From an uncultured Clostridia bacterium (GTDB lineage: Bacteria; Bacillota; Clostridia; Christensenellales; Borkfalkiaceae): a stretch of DNA of 64,000 bases. This document shows, one piece after another, positions 9,095-15,757 of the stretch. The first letter of the stretch is position 1; every line of letters begins with the position of its first letter. A program made the translations under genes and the position numbers. Below the pieces are notes generated by a model. That model was not told where the DNA came from. It worked only from the letters and a program-made list of their open reading frames with translations, and did no database searches. The stretch lies in the NCBI GenBank assembly GCA_947630325.1, contig CANRHB010000001.1:93579-157578 (forward strand), read 5' to 3'.

Positions 9095-9123
9095 TTGACA
9101 GAGAAATAAAATAATCATATAAT
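9095..9123 (+). promoter_or_regulatory. consensus sigma-A promoter TTGACA-17-TATAAT
   Basis: Perfect hexamers at 9095-9100 and 9118-9123 with 17-nt spacer, upstream of the gene at 9177. Confidence 0.75.
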
Positions 9124-9132
9124 AGGACTTAG

Positions 9133-9152
9133 TTGAGAAATATTATTCTCAA
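9133..9152. promoter_or_regulatory. candidate operator TTGAGAA-ATATTA-TTCTCAA
   Basis: Perfect 7-bp inverted repeat 10 nt downstream of the -10; further half-sites TTCTCAA 9062-9068 and TACTCAA 9082-9088. Confidence 0.55.
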
Positions 9153-9176
9153 AAGAAAAATTTGCGGAGGCGAAAA

Positions 9177-9506
9177 ATGTTTTGCAAAAATTGCGGAAAA
9201 GAAATCGACAACAACGCGTATGTCTGCCCGAATTGCGGAGTAAAGGTGAAAGATGAACTCGCCGAACGCCGGGAACGGCAGGCGGCGACCGATCTCGAAG
9301 CGGATTCGGGTTCCAAGGCAGGGTGGGGGATCCTCTCCTTCCTTATCCCGATCGTAGGGCTCATTCTGTTTCTGATGTGGAAAACCGAGCGTCCCAAGAC
9401 GGCTTCGGTATGCGGAAAATGCGCGCTTGCCGCCGTGATCGTCGAGGTTATCGCTGTGATCATCTATGTAATTATCGCTGTCGCTGTGATCGGCGCACTT
9501 ACTTAA
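9177..9506 (+). CDS. zinc-ribbon domain membrane protein (paralog of 7588-7941)
   Basis: MFCKNCGKEIDNNAYVCPNCG ribbon, C-terminal TM segments; GGAGG 6 nt upstream of ATG 9177 (tracked TTG 9162 unlikely). Confidence 0.8.
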   Translation: MFCKNCGKEIDNNAYVCPNCGVKVKDELAERRERQAATDLEADSGSKAGWGILSFLIPIVGLILFLMWKTERPKTASVCGKCALAAVIVEVIAVIIYVIIAVAVIGALT

Positions 9507-9545
9507 AAAGAACAGAGAAGAAAACCAACCATTCTAAATAAAAAC

Positions 9546-9590
9546 AAAAAGTTCGCACATACTTTCGGTATGGGCGAACTTTTTGTTTAT
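9546..9590 (+). terminator. terminator-like hairpin overlapping the next ORF start
   Basis: AAAAAGTTCGC-17nt-GCGAACTTTTT then GTTT; the loop contains ATG 9570. Confidence 0.55.
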
Positions 9591-10160
9591 TCCGCATTTC
9601 TCGGGACGTTGTTTTTCTTCTTCCCCGTATTCGTCTATCTCGATTCTTATGTGGACGCGCGGGAAAACAAATGCTGGTTCGCACTCAGCCTGTTTAAGTT
9701 TTTTAAGGTATTCGGCGGCTATCTGCAGATCAAAAAGGAGGGGCTCGTCTTTCATATCACCCAAAAAAAGGCGTTGATCCTTCCCTATAAGCAGATGGCG
9801 CCCATGCGGAAAAAGTTCGAAGTGACAAAGGGGTTCCAGCTCTACCGCTTCCACCAGATCGTGGAAACAGGCGGGGAGGGGGAGCCGTCGGGGGTGTTCA
9901 TCGGGGCGCTTCTCATGACCCTCGGCGGACAGATCTTCTCCGCCATGCACACGCTTCACCCCTTTCTCTCCCTCAAAAACGGGGTCCTTCTTACCGAAAC
10001 GCCCAACTTAAAACTCTCAGTGCAGGCAGTTACCGTGTTCAACGGGCTCATTCTCTCGATTGCGATCGGGAAAAAATTATTGGAGGCATTCTTAAATTGG
10101 ATCAGAAAAAAAAGATCGACAGCATCATGGAAAAAACGGCACAGCAACTCATTAGCCTGA
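9570..10160 (+). CDS. sporulation protein YtfI-like (DUF2953)
   Basis: N-terminal TM, position directly upstream of and overlapping ytfJ as in Bacillus ytfI-ytfJ; start codon uncertain (no RBS, inside hairpin). Confidence 0.5.
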   Translation: MGELFVYSAFLGTLFFFFPVFVYLDSYVDARENKCWFALSLFKFFKVFGGYLQIKKEGLVFHITQKKALILPYKQMAPMRKKFEVTKGFQLYRFHQIVETGGEGEPSGVFIGALLMTLGGQIFSAMHTLHPFLSLKNGVLLTETPNLKLSVQAVTVFNGLILSIAIGKKLLEAFLNWIRKKRSTASWKKRHSNSLA

Positions 10161-10480
10161 TCGACGTGAATACCGTCATCGGCAAACCCCTGTTCTCGGC
10201 AAGCGGCGCGCAGATCATTCCCTTCACCAAGGTGACGATGGGCTACCTCTCCGGGGGCGGCGAATACGGCGAGGTGAAGGCCATCAAGGAGGACGAGTGC
10301 TTCCCCTTTGCGGGCGGCGCGGGCACCGTTATCAACTTAAAGCCGGCGGGATTCCTTGTGGACGACGGCACCCATTGCCGCCTCATCAAAGTCACCGACG
10401 ATCCCTTGGACGGCGTCATCGAAAAGGCGGGGGAACTCCTCGGCAATCTCTCGCGCAAGATCACCGAAAGCGATGAGTAA
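10127..10480 (+). CDS. ytfJ: GerW/YtfJ family sporulation protein
   Basis: VIGKPL...IIPFTKVTMGYLSGGGEYG...FPFAGGAGTVINLKPAGFLV family signature; ATG 10127 preferred over TTG 10097. Confidence 0.85.
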   Translation: MEKTAQQLISLIDVNTVIGKPLFSASGAQIIPFTKVTMGYLSGGGEYGEVKAIKEDECFPFAGGAGTVINLKPAGFLVDDGTHCRLIKVTDDPLDGVIEKAGELLGNLSRKITESDE

Positions 10481-11480
10481 ACGGGTTTTGCGCGTACTCT
10501 TGGCGGGTTTTTTGGCGTTTCTTCTCGCTCTTTGCCTAAGTCCCATGGGAATGAGCGGGGCAAATGCCGCAACGCCGAGCGAAGCGGAGTGCGTGATCGA
10601 AGTCTCTTCCCGCCGCTTTCTGCACGAAAAAAACGCCCGCGACTGCCTGCCCATGGCGAGTACCACCAAGATCATGACCGCAATCCTCATCCTCGACGAC
10701 TGCGACCTCAACGCCGAGATCGTCATTCCCAAGGAGGCCGAAGGGGTAGAGGGGTCGAGCGTCTATTTGAAGGCAGGGGAGGTGTACACGGCGGAGGAGC
10801 TTCTGTACGGTCTGATGTTGCGCTCGGGAAACGACTGCGCCGTGGCGCTTGCGCTCTTCCACAGCGGGAGCGTGGAGGCGTTCGCCCGCAAAATGAACGA
10901 AAAAGCGGCGCTTCTCGGCGCAGAGGACACCTTCTTTGTCAACCCGCACGGACTCCCCGCAAAGGGGCACCACACCACCGCAAAAGACTTAGCGATCATT
11001 GCTTCCTATGCAATGGAGAACCAAACTTTTGAAAAAATCGTGTCTACGAAGTACTATGTCAGACATAATTGGCAAAACAAGAACAAAATGTTGTGGAATT
11101 TCGAGGGGGCTTGCGGGGTAAAGACGGGTTTTACCGTCAATGCGGGGCGTTGCCTCGTGACGAGCGCGGAACGGGACGGCATGAAACTCGTCTCCGTTGT
11201 GCTCAATTCTCCTCAAATGTATGAGCGCACGGCGGAGCTCTTGAACGGCGCGTTCGGGAGCTATCACATGGAGACGCTATTCGACTGCGCGGAGCCCATT
11301 GCGGGACTTTCGGCAAAACGGAGTTTTTGTTATCCGCTTAAAGAGGGCGAACGGGATCGCGTCTCTATGAAAGTGAACAAGTGCGACCCTCTCCCCGAGA
11401 CAAAGGGCGATTTTGCGGGGACGATGCAAATCTTCCTCGAAAACAGCTTGCTTTTTTCCCAAAATTTGTATATCATGTAA
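10473..11480 (+). CDS. D-alanyl-D-alanine carboxypeptidase (peptidase S11)
   Basis: Signal peptide MSKRVLRVLLAGFLAF; STTK, SGND, KTGFT motifs; ATG overlaps ytfJ stop. Confidence 0.9.
   Translation: MSKRVLRVLLAGFLAFLLALCLSPMGMSGANAATPSEAECVIEVSSRRFLHEKNARDCLPMASTTKIMTAILILDDCDLNAEIVIPKEAEGVEGSSVYLKAGEVYTAEELLYGLMLRSGNDCAVALALFHSGSVEAFARKMNEKAALLGAEDTFFVNPHGLPAKGHHTTAKDLAIIASYAMENQTFEKIVSTKYYVRHNWQNKNKMLWNFEGACGVKTGFTVNAGRCLVTSAERDGMKLVSVVLNSPQMYERTAELLNGAFGSYHMETLFDCAEPIAGLSAKRSFCYPLKEGERDRVSMKVNKCDPLPETKGDFAGTMQIFLENSLLFSQNLYIM
11051..11069. repeat. AT-rich palindrome family copy (degenerate right arm), inside CDS
   Basis: GTACTATGTCAGACATAAT matches the 19-mer at 13191/15721 in 17 of 19 positions. 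Confidence 0.7.
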
Positions 11481-11498
11481 GTACCGAGAGGTACAAAC

Positions 11499-12203
11499 AT
11501 GCGGATCAACAAATTTTTGGCGGAACAGGGCGTCGCTTCGCGCAGAGGGGCGGACGAACTCATCGCCGCGGGACGGGTGACTGTCAACGGAAAACCTGCA
11601 AAGGCGGGGGACGATGTTTCGCCCTCCGATGTCGTCGCGCTCGACGGCAACATTCTCTCCCACAAAGTCAAATTTGAATACTATATCTTGAATAAACCCA
11701 AGGGGTACGTCTGCACCGTCAAGGACGACAAGGGCAGAAAGACCGTTCTCGACCTGCTTCCCGCGGGCGCGGGGCGGGTTTTCCCCGTGGGGCGGCTCGA
11801 CTATGCCTCAGAAGGCTTGCTCATTTTAACGAACGACGGCGACCTTGCCTACCGCTTAACTGCGCCGCAGAGCGAGATCCCCAAAACGTACCTCGTGCGG
11901 GTGGAGGGAACGGTGTCGCAGAATGCACTCAACCGCCTGCGCACGGGCGTGGAACTCGAACAAGGGGTGGTGACGGGCAAGTGCAAAGTGACGGTCATCG
12001 AGACGGACAAGACGTACACCAAACTCCGCGTCACCCTTACCGAGGGCAAGAACCGCGAAATAAGGCGCATGTTCGAGGCGGTGGGGAGCCATGTGGACTT
12101 TCTCAAACGTGTGAAGGTAGGGGAACTGACCTTGACGGGCCTCGACCGCGGCGCCTGCCGCAAACTTACCCCCGAAGAGGTCTTTTACCTGCAAAATCTA
12201 TAA
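11499..12203 (+). CDS. rluB: pseudouridine synthase, RsuA/RluB family
   Basis: N-terminal S4 domain (MRINKFLAEQGVASRR) and GRLDYASEGLLILTNDG catalytic motif. Confidence 0.88.
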   Translation: MRINKFLAEQGVASRRGADELIAAGRVTVNGKPAKAGDDVSPSDVVALDGNILSHKVKFEYYILNKPKGYVCTVKDDKGRKTVLDLLPAGAGRVFPVGRLDYASEGLLILTNDGDLAYRLTAPQSEIPKTYLVRVEGTVSQNALNRLRTGVELEQGVVTGKCKVTVIETDKTYTKLRVTLTEGKNREIRRMFEAVGSHVDFLKRVKVGELTLTGLDRGACRKLTPEEVFYLQNL

Positions 12204-12210
12204 ATATAGG

Positions 12211-12250
12211 AAAACGCCGCCGTGGGCACCTTGCCCACGGCGGCGTTAAA
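12211..12250. terminator. bidirectional terminator between rluB and lexA
   Basis: 15-bp stem AACGCCGCCGTGGGC/GCCCACGGCGGCGTT, loop ACCTT, A/T runs on both sides. Confidence 0.75.
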
Positions 12251-12258
12251 ATATTGTT

Positions 12259-12864
12259 TTAATAGCTTCTCAAAAGCCCGACGACTTTGCCCAAAATTTG
12301 GACGCCGCTCGTCTCGTCGAGCACAAAGTCGGCGAGTTTTTCGTTCTCGGGGTGAAGAACGATCTTTCCGTCACGGCGGAAGAACCGCTTCACCGTCGCG
12401 CCCTCGTCCACGCCGTCGTTAAACAGAGCCACCACAATGTCGCCGTTCTCGGCAGCATCCTGCTTCTTGACGACCACCTTATCACCGTCGAAGATGCCGG
12501 CTTCTATCATGCTCTCGCCGCTCACACGGAGGAGAAAGAGATCGTCGCCCTTGAATTCCGCGGCGGGCAGGGTGTACATGTCCTCGAAATTTTCCTGCGC
12601 CAAAATGGGCTGACCAGCGGTGACGGTACCGATGAGGGGAGCCCGCACGGTCGAAACGCTTCGCACGGAGACAGCGCGCTTTTTGTTGTCCGCCTTGTTG
12701 AGAAATCCCTGTTCGCGCAGACGGTTGACATAGCTATACGCCGTCGCCGTCGATTTAATGCCCAAATCGCGGCACATATCCCTGACAGTGGGGGGGAACC
12801 CGTTTTCATCGCAATAGCGGTCGATATAGCGAACCACCTCTTCGAGCTTCTTTTGATCGATCAT
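12259..12864 (-). CDS. lexA: LexA repressor (S24 peptidase)
   Basis: Winged-helix N-terminus, VSGESMIEAGI Ser and VVVKK Lys of the self-cleavage dyad. Confidence 0.92.
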   Translation of the reverse strand: MIDQKKLEEVVRYIDRYCDENGFPPTVRDMCRDLGIKSTATAYSYVNRLREQGFLNKADNKKRAVSVRSVSTVRAPLIGTVTAGQPILAQENFEDMYTLPAAEFKGDDLFLLRVSGESMIEAGIFDGDKVVVKKQDAAENGDIVVALFNDGVDEGATVKRFFRRDGKIVLHPENEKLADFVLDETSGVQILGKVVGLLRSY

Positions 12865-12881
12865 TTTTCACCTCCAAGGAC

Positions 12882-12910
12882 ATTATAACACAAATAAAAA
12901 AATATTGCAA
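12882..12910 (-). promoter_or_regulatory. lexA promoter TTGCAA-17-TATAAT
   Basis: Minus-strand -35 at 12910-12905 and -10 at 12887-12882; GGAGG RBS downstream. Confidence 0.65.
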
Positions 12911-12921
12911 ACAAACGTTCT
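12908..12921. promoter_or_regulatory. SOS (Cheo-type) box AGAACGTTTGTTTG overlapping the lexA -35
   Basis: Matches Firmicute CGAAC-N4-GTTCG in 12 of 14 positions. Confidence 0.6.
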
Positions 12922-12953
12922 ATGTTTTTGAAAAATTTTTATAATTTTTTTTC

Positions 12954-12982
12954 TTGTATTTTGAGGAAGAATGCACTATAAT
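12954..12982 (+). promoter_or_regulatory. promoter TTGTAT-17-TATAAT for the Cys-rich ORF
   Basis: Hexamers at 12954-12959 and 12977-12982; AAAGGGGAAAGGGG RBS region follows. Confidence 0.55.
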
Positions 12983-13002
12983 AAAGGGGAAAGGGGAACG
13001 CT

Positions 13003-13188
13003 ATGGAAACGAAGATGTGCGTCTTGGACGAAACGAAGGAATGCGACGGGTGCTTGGAATGCGAGGTGTGCGACCTCGATCCCAACAAAATTTGCGACAA
13101 CTGCGGCAAGTGCCTCGACATCAAGGAATTCGCCACCATCAAAATCGACAAAATTTATACCGATCCCAATGAATACCACGAGAAATAG
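13003..13188 (+). CDS. small cysteine-rich protein (61 aa, 8 Cys)
   Basis: CDGCLECEVC...CDNCGKC (CxxCxxCxxC-N8-CxxCxxC); purine-rich RBS; divergent from lexA. Confidence 0.65.
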   Translation: METKMCVLDETKECDGCLECEVCDLDPNKICDNCGKCLDIKEFATIKIDKIYTDPNEYHEK

Positions 13189-13190
13189 TG

Positions 13191-13209
13191 TACTATGTCA
13201 GACATAGTA
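13191..13209. repeat. AT-rich palindrome TACTATGTC-A-GACATAGTA (perfect 9+9)
   Basis: Lies exactly between the convergent stops at 13188 and 13211; identical 19-mer at 15721. Confidence 0.9.
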
Positions 13210-13210
13210 A

Positions 13211-14443
13211 CTATATCTTGCGGTATTCCCGAAATTGTTGCGCATAGATCGCGGGAATCAAAGCCTCGATCTCCGTGCCGTCGTCGGTATAGTTTACCTT
13301 CTGTTCATAAATCAGCGGGCGGAGCGGGGCGAATTTTCCCTCCATGGTATAGGGAATAAAGAGGATCGCGCGCACAAAATTTTCTTCCAAACTTTGAAAA
13401 ATGCGTTTTTTGAGGGCGTCGAGGCCTCTTTTTTCTTTGGCGGAAATAAACACGGCGTCGCGCGGGGCGTCGGTATTCTGCGCTTCCTCCAAATCACACT
13501 TGTTCATGACGATGAGATAGGGAGAGGAAAAGTACATACCGCGCAAAGTGTCGAGGGTGGTGGTAAGCTGGGTTTGAAAATCTCCCGCCGCATCGCAGAC
13601 AATGAGCGCTAAATCGCAATGCACAGCGCTCTCGAGCGTCGATTTGAACGCTTCGATGAGGTTGTGCGGCAAATTTTGCAAAAATCCGACGGTATCGACG
13701 AGCAAAAATGGGACCCCGTCGATCTCGAATGCCCGCGCGGTGGGGTCGAGTGTCGCAAACAGCGCGTCCTTTGTAAAGACTTCCGCGCCCGTCAGAGCGT
13801 TCAAAAGGGTGGACTTCCCCGTGTTCGTGTAGCCGACGAGGGCAACGGTGATCACCCGCTCCTTCTTTCTGCGCTCCACTTGGAAGGCGCGGCGGCGCTC
13901 CGTCTCTTTGAGTTTTTCTTCCAACGTATGGATGCGCGCACGGATGTGACGGCGGTCGGTCTCGAGTTGGGTTTCCCCGGGACCGCGCGTGCCGATGCCG
14001 CCTCCGAGACGGGAGAGCGCTTCGCCCTTGCCCTTGAGCCGCGGATAGAGATATTTGAGTTGGGCGAGTTCCACCTGTAACTTTCCCTCGCTGCTCTCGG
14101 CGCGCAGAGCGAAAATGTCGAGGATGAGGGTGGTGCGGTCGATGACCTTCTTCCCGTCGAGCGCCTTGGAAATGTTGAGCGTTTGGGAAGGGGAGAGTTC
14201 TCCGTTGAAGAGCACGGTGAGTTCCAAACCGTCGAGCCGCTCCCGGAGTTCCTCCAATTTTCCTTCGCCGATGTAGGTGGCCGGGTTGACTTCGCGCACG
14301 TTCTGGTAGATGGTGCCCGCGTATTCCGCGCCCGCGCTCTCGATGAGCGCCACCGCCTCGCCGTGCAAAATTTTATAATTTTCTCCCTCGATCGGTTGGA
14401 TAATATACACGATCTCGGGCTTTTTTGCCAGATTATTCGTCAT
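13211..14443 (-). CDS. hflX: GTPase HflX
   Basis: GYTNTGKSTLLNALTG (G1), DTVGF (G3), NKCD (G4), HflX N-terminal domain. Confidence 0.92.
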   Translation of the reverse strand: MTNNLAKKPEIVYIIQPIEGENYKILHGEAVALIESAGAEYAGTIYQNVREVNPATYIGEGKLEELRERLDGLELTVLFNGELSPSQTLNISKALDGKKVIDRTTLILDIFALRAESSEGKLQVELAQLKYLYPRLKGKGEALSRLGGGIGTRGPGETQLETDRRHIRARIHTLEEKLKETERRRAFQVERRKKERVITVALVGYTNTGKSTLLNALTGAEVFTKDALFATLDPTARAFEIDGVPFLLVDTVGFLQNLPHNLIEAFKSTLESAVHCDLALIVCDAAGDFQTQLTTTLDTLRGMYFSSPYLIVMNKCDLEEAQNTDAPRDAVFISAKEKRGLDALKKRIFQSLEENFVRAILFIPYTMEGKFAPLRPLIYEQKVNYTDDGTEIEALIPAIYAQQFREYRKI

Positions 14444-15491
14444 TTTCTTCCTTTTTATGCAATTTTACAGCATTGGCGACCGAGCGGCGGTGGTCCTCTG
14501 TGATCGCCGCATAGTGCTTCCGTGTCGTGTTCACGTCCTTGTGCCCGAGCACGTCCGCCACAATATAGATGTCGCCCGTCTCGCGGTAGAGGCTTGTGCC
14601 ATAGGTGGAGCGCAGTTTGTGCGGCGTGATTTTTTTGAGAGGGGAGACGATTTGTGCGTACTTTTTGACGAGATTTTCGACCGCGCGCACGGTGATCCGA
14701 CGGTATTGCATGGAGAGAAAGAGGGCATGTTCGTCCTTCGGGACCCGCTTATCCTCCTGTTTTTGGGCGATATAGGTGGCAAGCGCGTCGCCGACCTCCT
14801 CCGAAAAGTACAAAATCGCCTTGTTGCCGCCCTTGCGGGTGACCAAAAAAGAGTTGTCGGTGAAGTTGATGCTCTCGTTGTTGAGCCCGACGAGCTCCGA
14901 AATACGGATGCCCGTGCCCAAAAAGAGGGTCAGGATCGCCGTGTCGCGGACTTTCGTCTTTTCATGGTAACCGTCGGCGTGATGGGGGAGGCCGCTCCCG
15001 TCCTCGGCAACGTCCAAGATCGCCGAAACTTCGTCGCGTTCGAGGCGGATGATCTCTTTTTCGTGAAGTTTTGGCGTGGAGACCTTGGAGGTGTTGTTGA
15101 CTTCGATGAGCCCCTTGTTGAAAAAGTATTTGAAGAGGGAACGGACGGTGGACAGCTTGCGCGCCTTGGCACGCTCGTTGCAGGACAGCCGTTTTTCGCC
15201 ATAAGTATAATTGGAGAGATAACTCAAAAAGATTTCCATGTCGGTGTCGGTGACTTGCTCGAGATCTTCGAGGGTAATATCGCACACCGCCTTGCCGCGG
15301 AATTTTTTCTTGGAGAGGAAGTCGAAGAAAATGCGCAAGTCGTAGCAGTAGTTGAGCCGCGTCAAAACGCTCGTGCGGTTCTCGACGCCGCGCAGGAAAT
15401 CTTCGCAGAAGGCGGGCAGTTCCGCAAGAAGTTCGTCAATGCGGTCGAGATTTTTGAGATTTCGTTCCTGATAGTAGTCATCCGTTTTCAT
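14433..15491 (-). CDS. tyrosine recombinase, XerC/XerD family
   Basis: HKLRSTYGTSLY and LGHKDVNTTRKHY catalytic motifs; overlaps hflX start by 11 nt (operon); start 15491 preferred. Confidence 0.8.
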   Translation of the reverse strand: MKTDDYYQERNLKNLDRIDELLAELPAFCEDFLRGVENRTSVLTRLNYCYDLRIFFDFLSKKKFRGKAVCDITLEDLEQVTDTDMEIFLSYLSNYTYGEKRLSCNERAKARKLSTVRSLFKYFFNKGLIEVNNTSKVSTPKLHEKEIIRLERDEVSAILDVAEDGSGLPHHADGYHEKTKVRDTAILTLFLGTGIRISELVGLNNESINFTDNSFLVTRKGGNKAILYFSEEVGDALATYIAQKQEDKRVPKDEHALFLSMQYRRITVRAVENLVKKYAQIVSPLKKITPHKLRSTYGTSLYRETGDIYIVADVLGHKDVNTTRKHYAAITEDHRRSVANAVKLHKKEENDE

Positions 15492-15497
15492 GGCAAC

Positions 15498-15506
15498 ATT
15501 ATAGCA
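15498..15506 (-). promoter_or_regulatory. extended -10 (TGcTATAAT) 6 nt upstream of ATG 15491: leaderless candidate
   Basis: Minus strand reads TGCTATAAT GTTGCC ATG; no SD before either candidate ATG. Confidence 0.4.
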
Positions 15507-15720
15507 CATCGGGGGAGAGATGTCAATTTTACGAATAGTTAAAAGAAAAATTTTGTGTCCCGCCCTATGGGGGGAGAGGAAAAAACCACCCGACCGACAT
15601 CTATAACTATTCGCAAAACCTCAGTTTTACGAATAGATAGGGGTATTTTGACGGGTTTTGACCAGAATATATGCCGTTTTTGCGTCCGACTGCCAACCGA
15701 CGCATTTTTTCGGAGAAAAG

Positions 15721-15757
15721 TACTATGTCAGACATAGTATCTATGCGTGACATAGTA
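15721..15757. repeat. two tandem AT-rich palindromes
   Basis: TACTATGTCAGACATAGTA (15721-15739) then TCTATG-CGTGA-CATAGTA (15740-15757), directly after the GH13 stop. Confidence 0.9.

Noticed and set aside
8714-9506. XRE plus small protein as a toxin-antitoxin pair
   Set aside because: The genes are divergent rather than co-transcribed. The small protein is a zinc-ribbon membrane protein with a paralog 1.2 kb away and no recognisable toxin fold. A regulator-target reading fits better.
14433-15491. Tyrosine recombinase as the marker of an integrated mobile element
   Set aside because: It overlaps and is co-oriented with hflX (operon). It is flanked by lexA, hflX and glycogen genes, with no att-like direct repeats or cargo genes. 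It is best read as a chromosomal Xer-family recombinase. It is also 30 kb from the tRNA-Trp scar.
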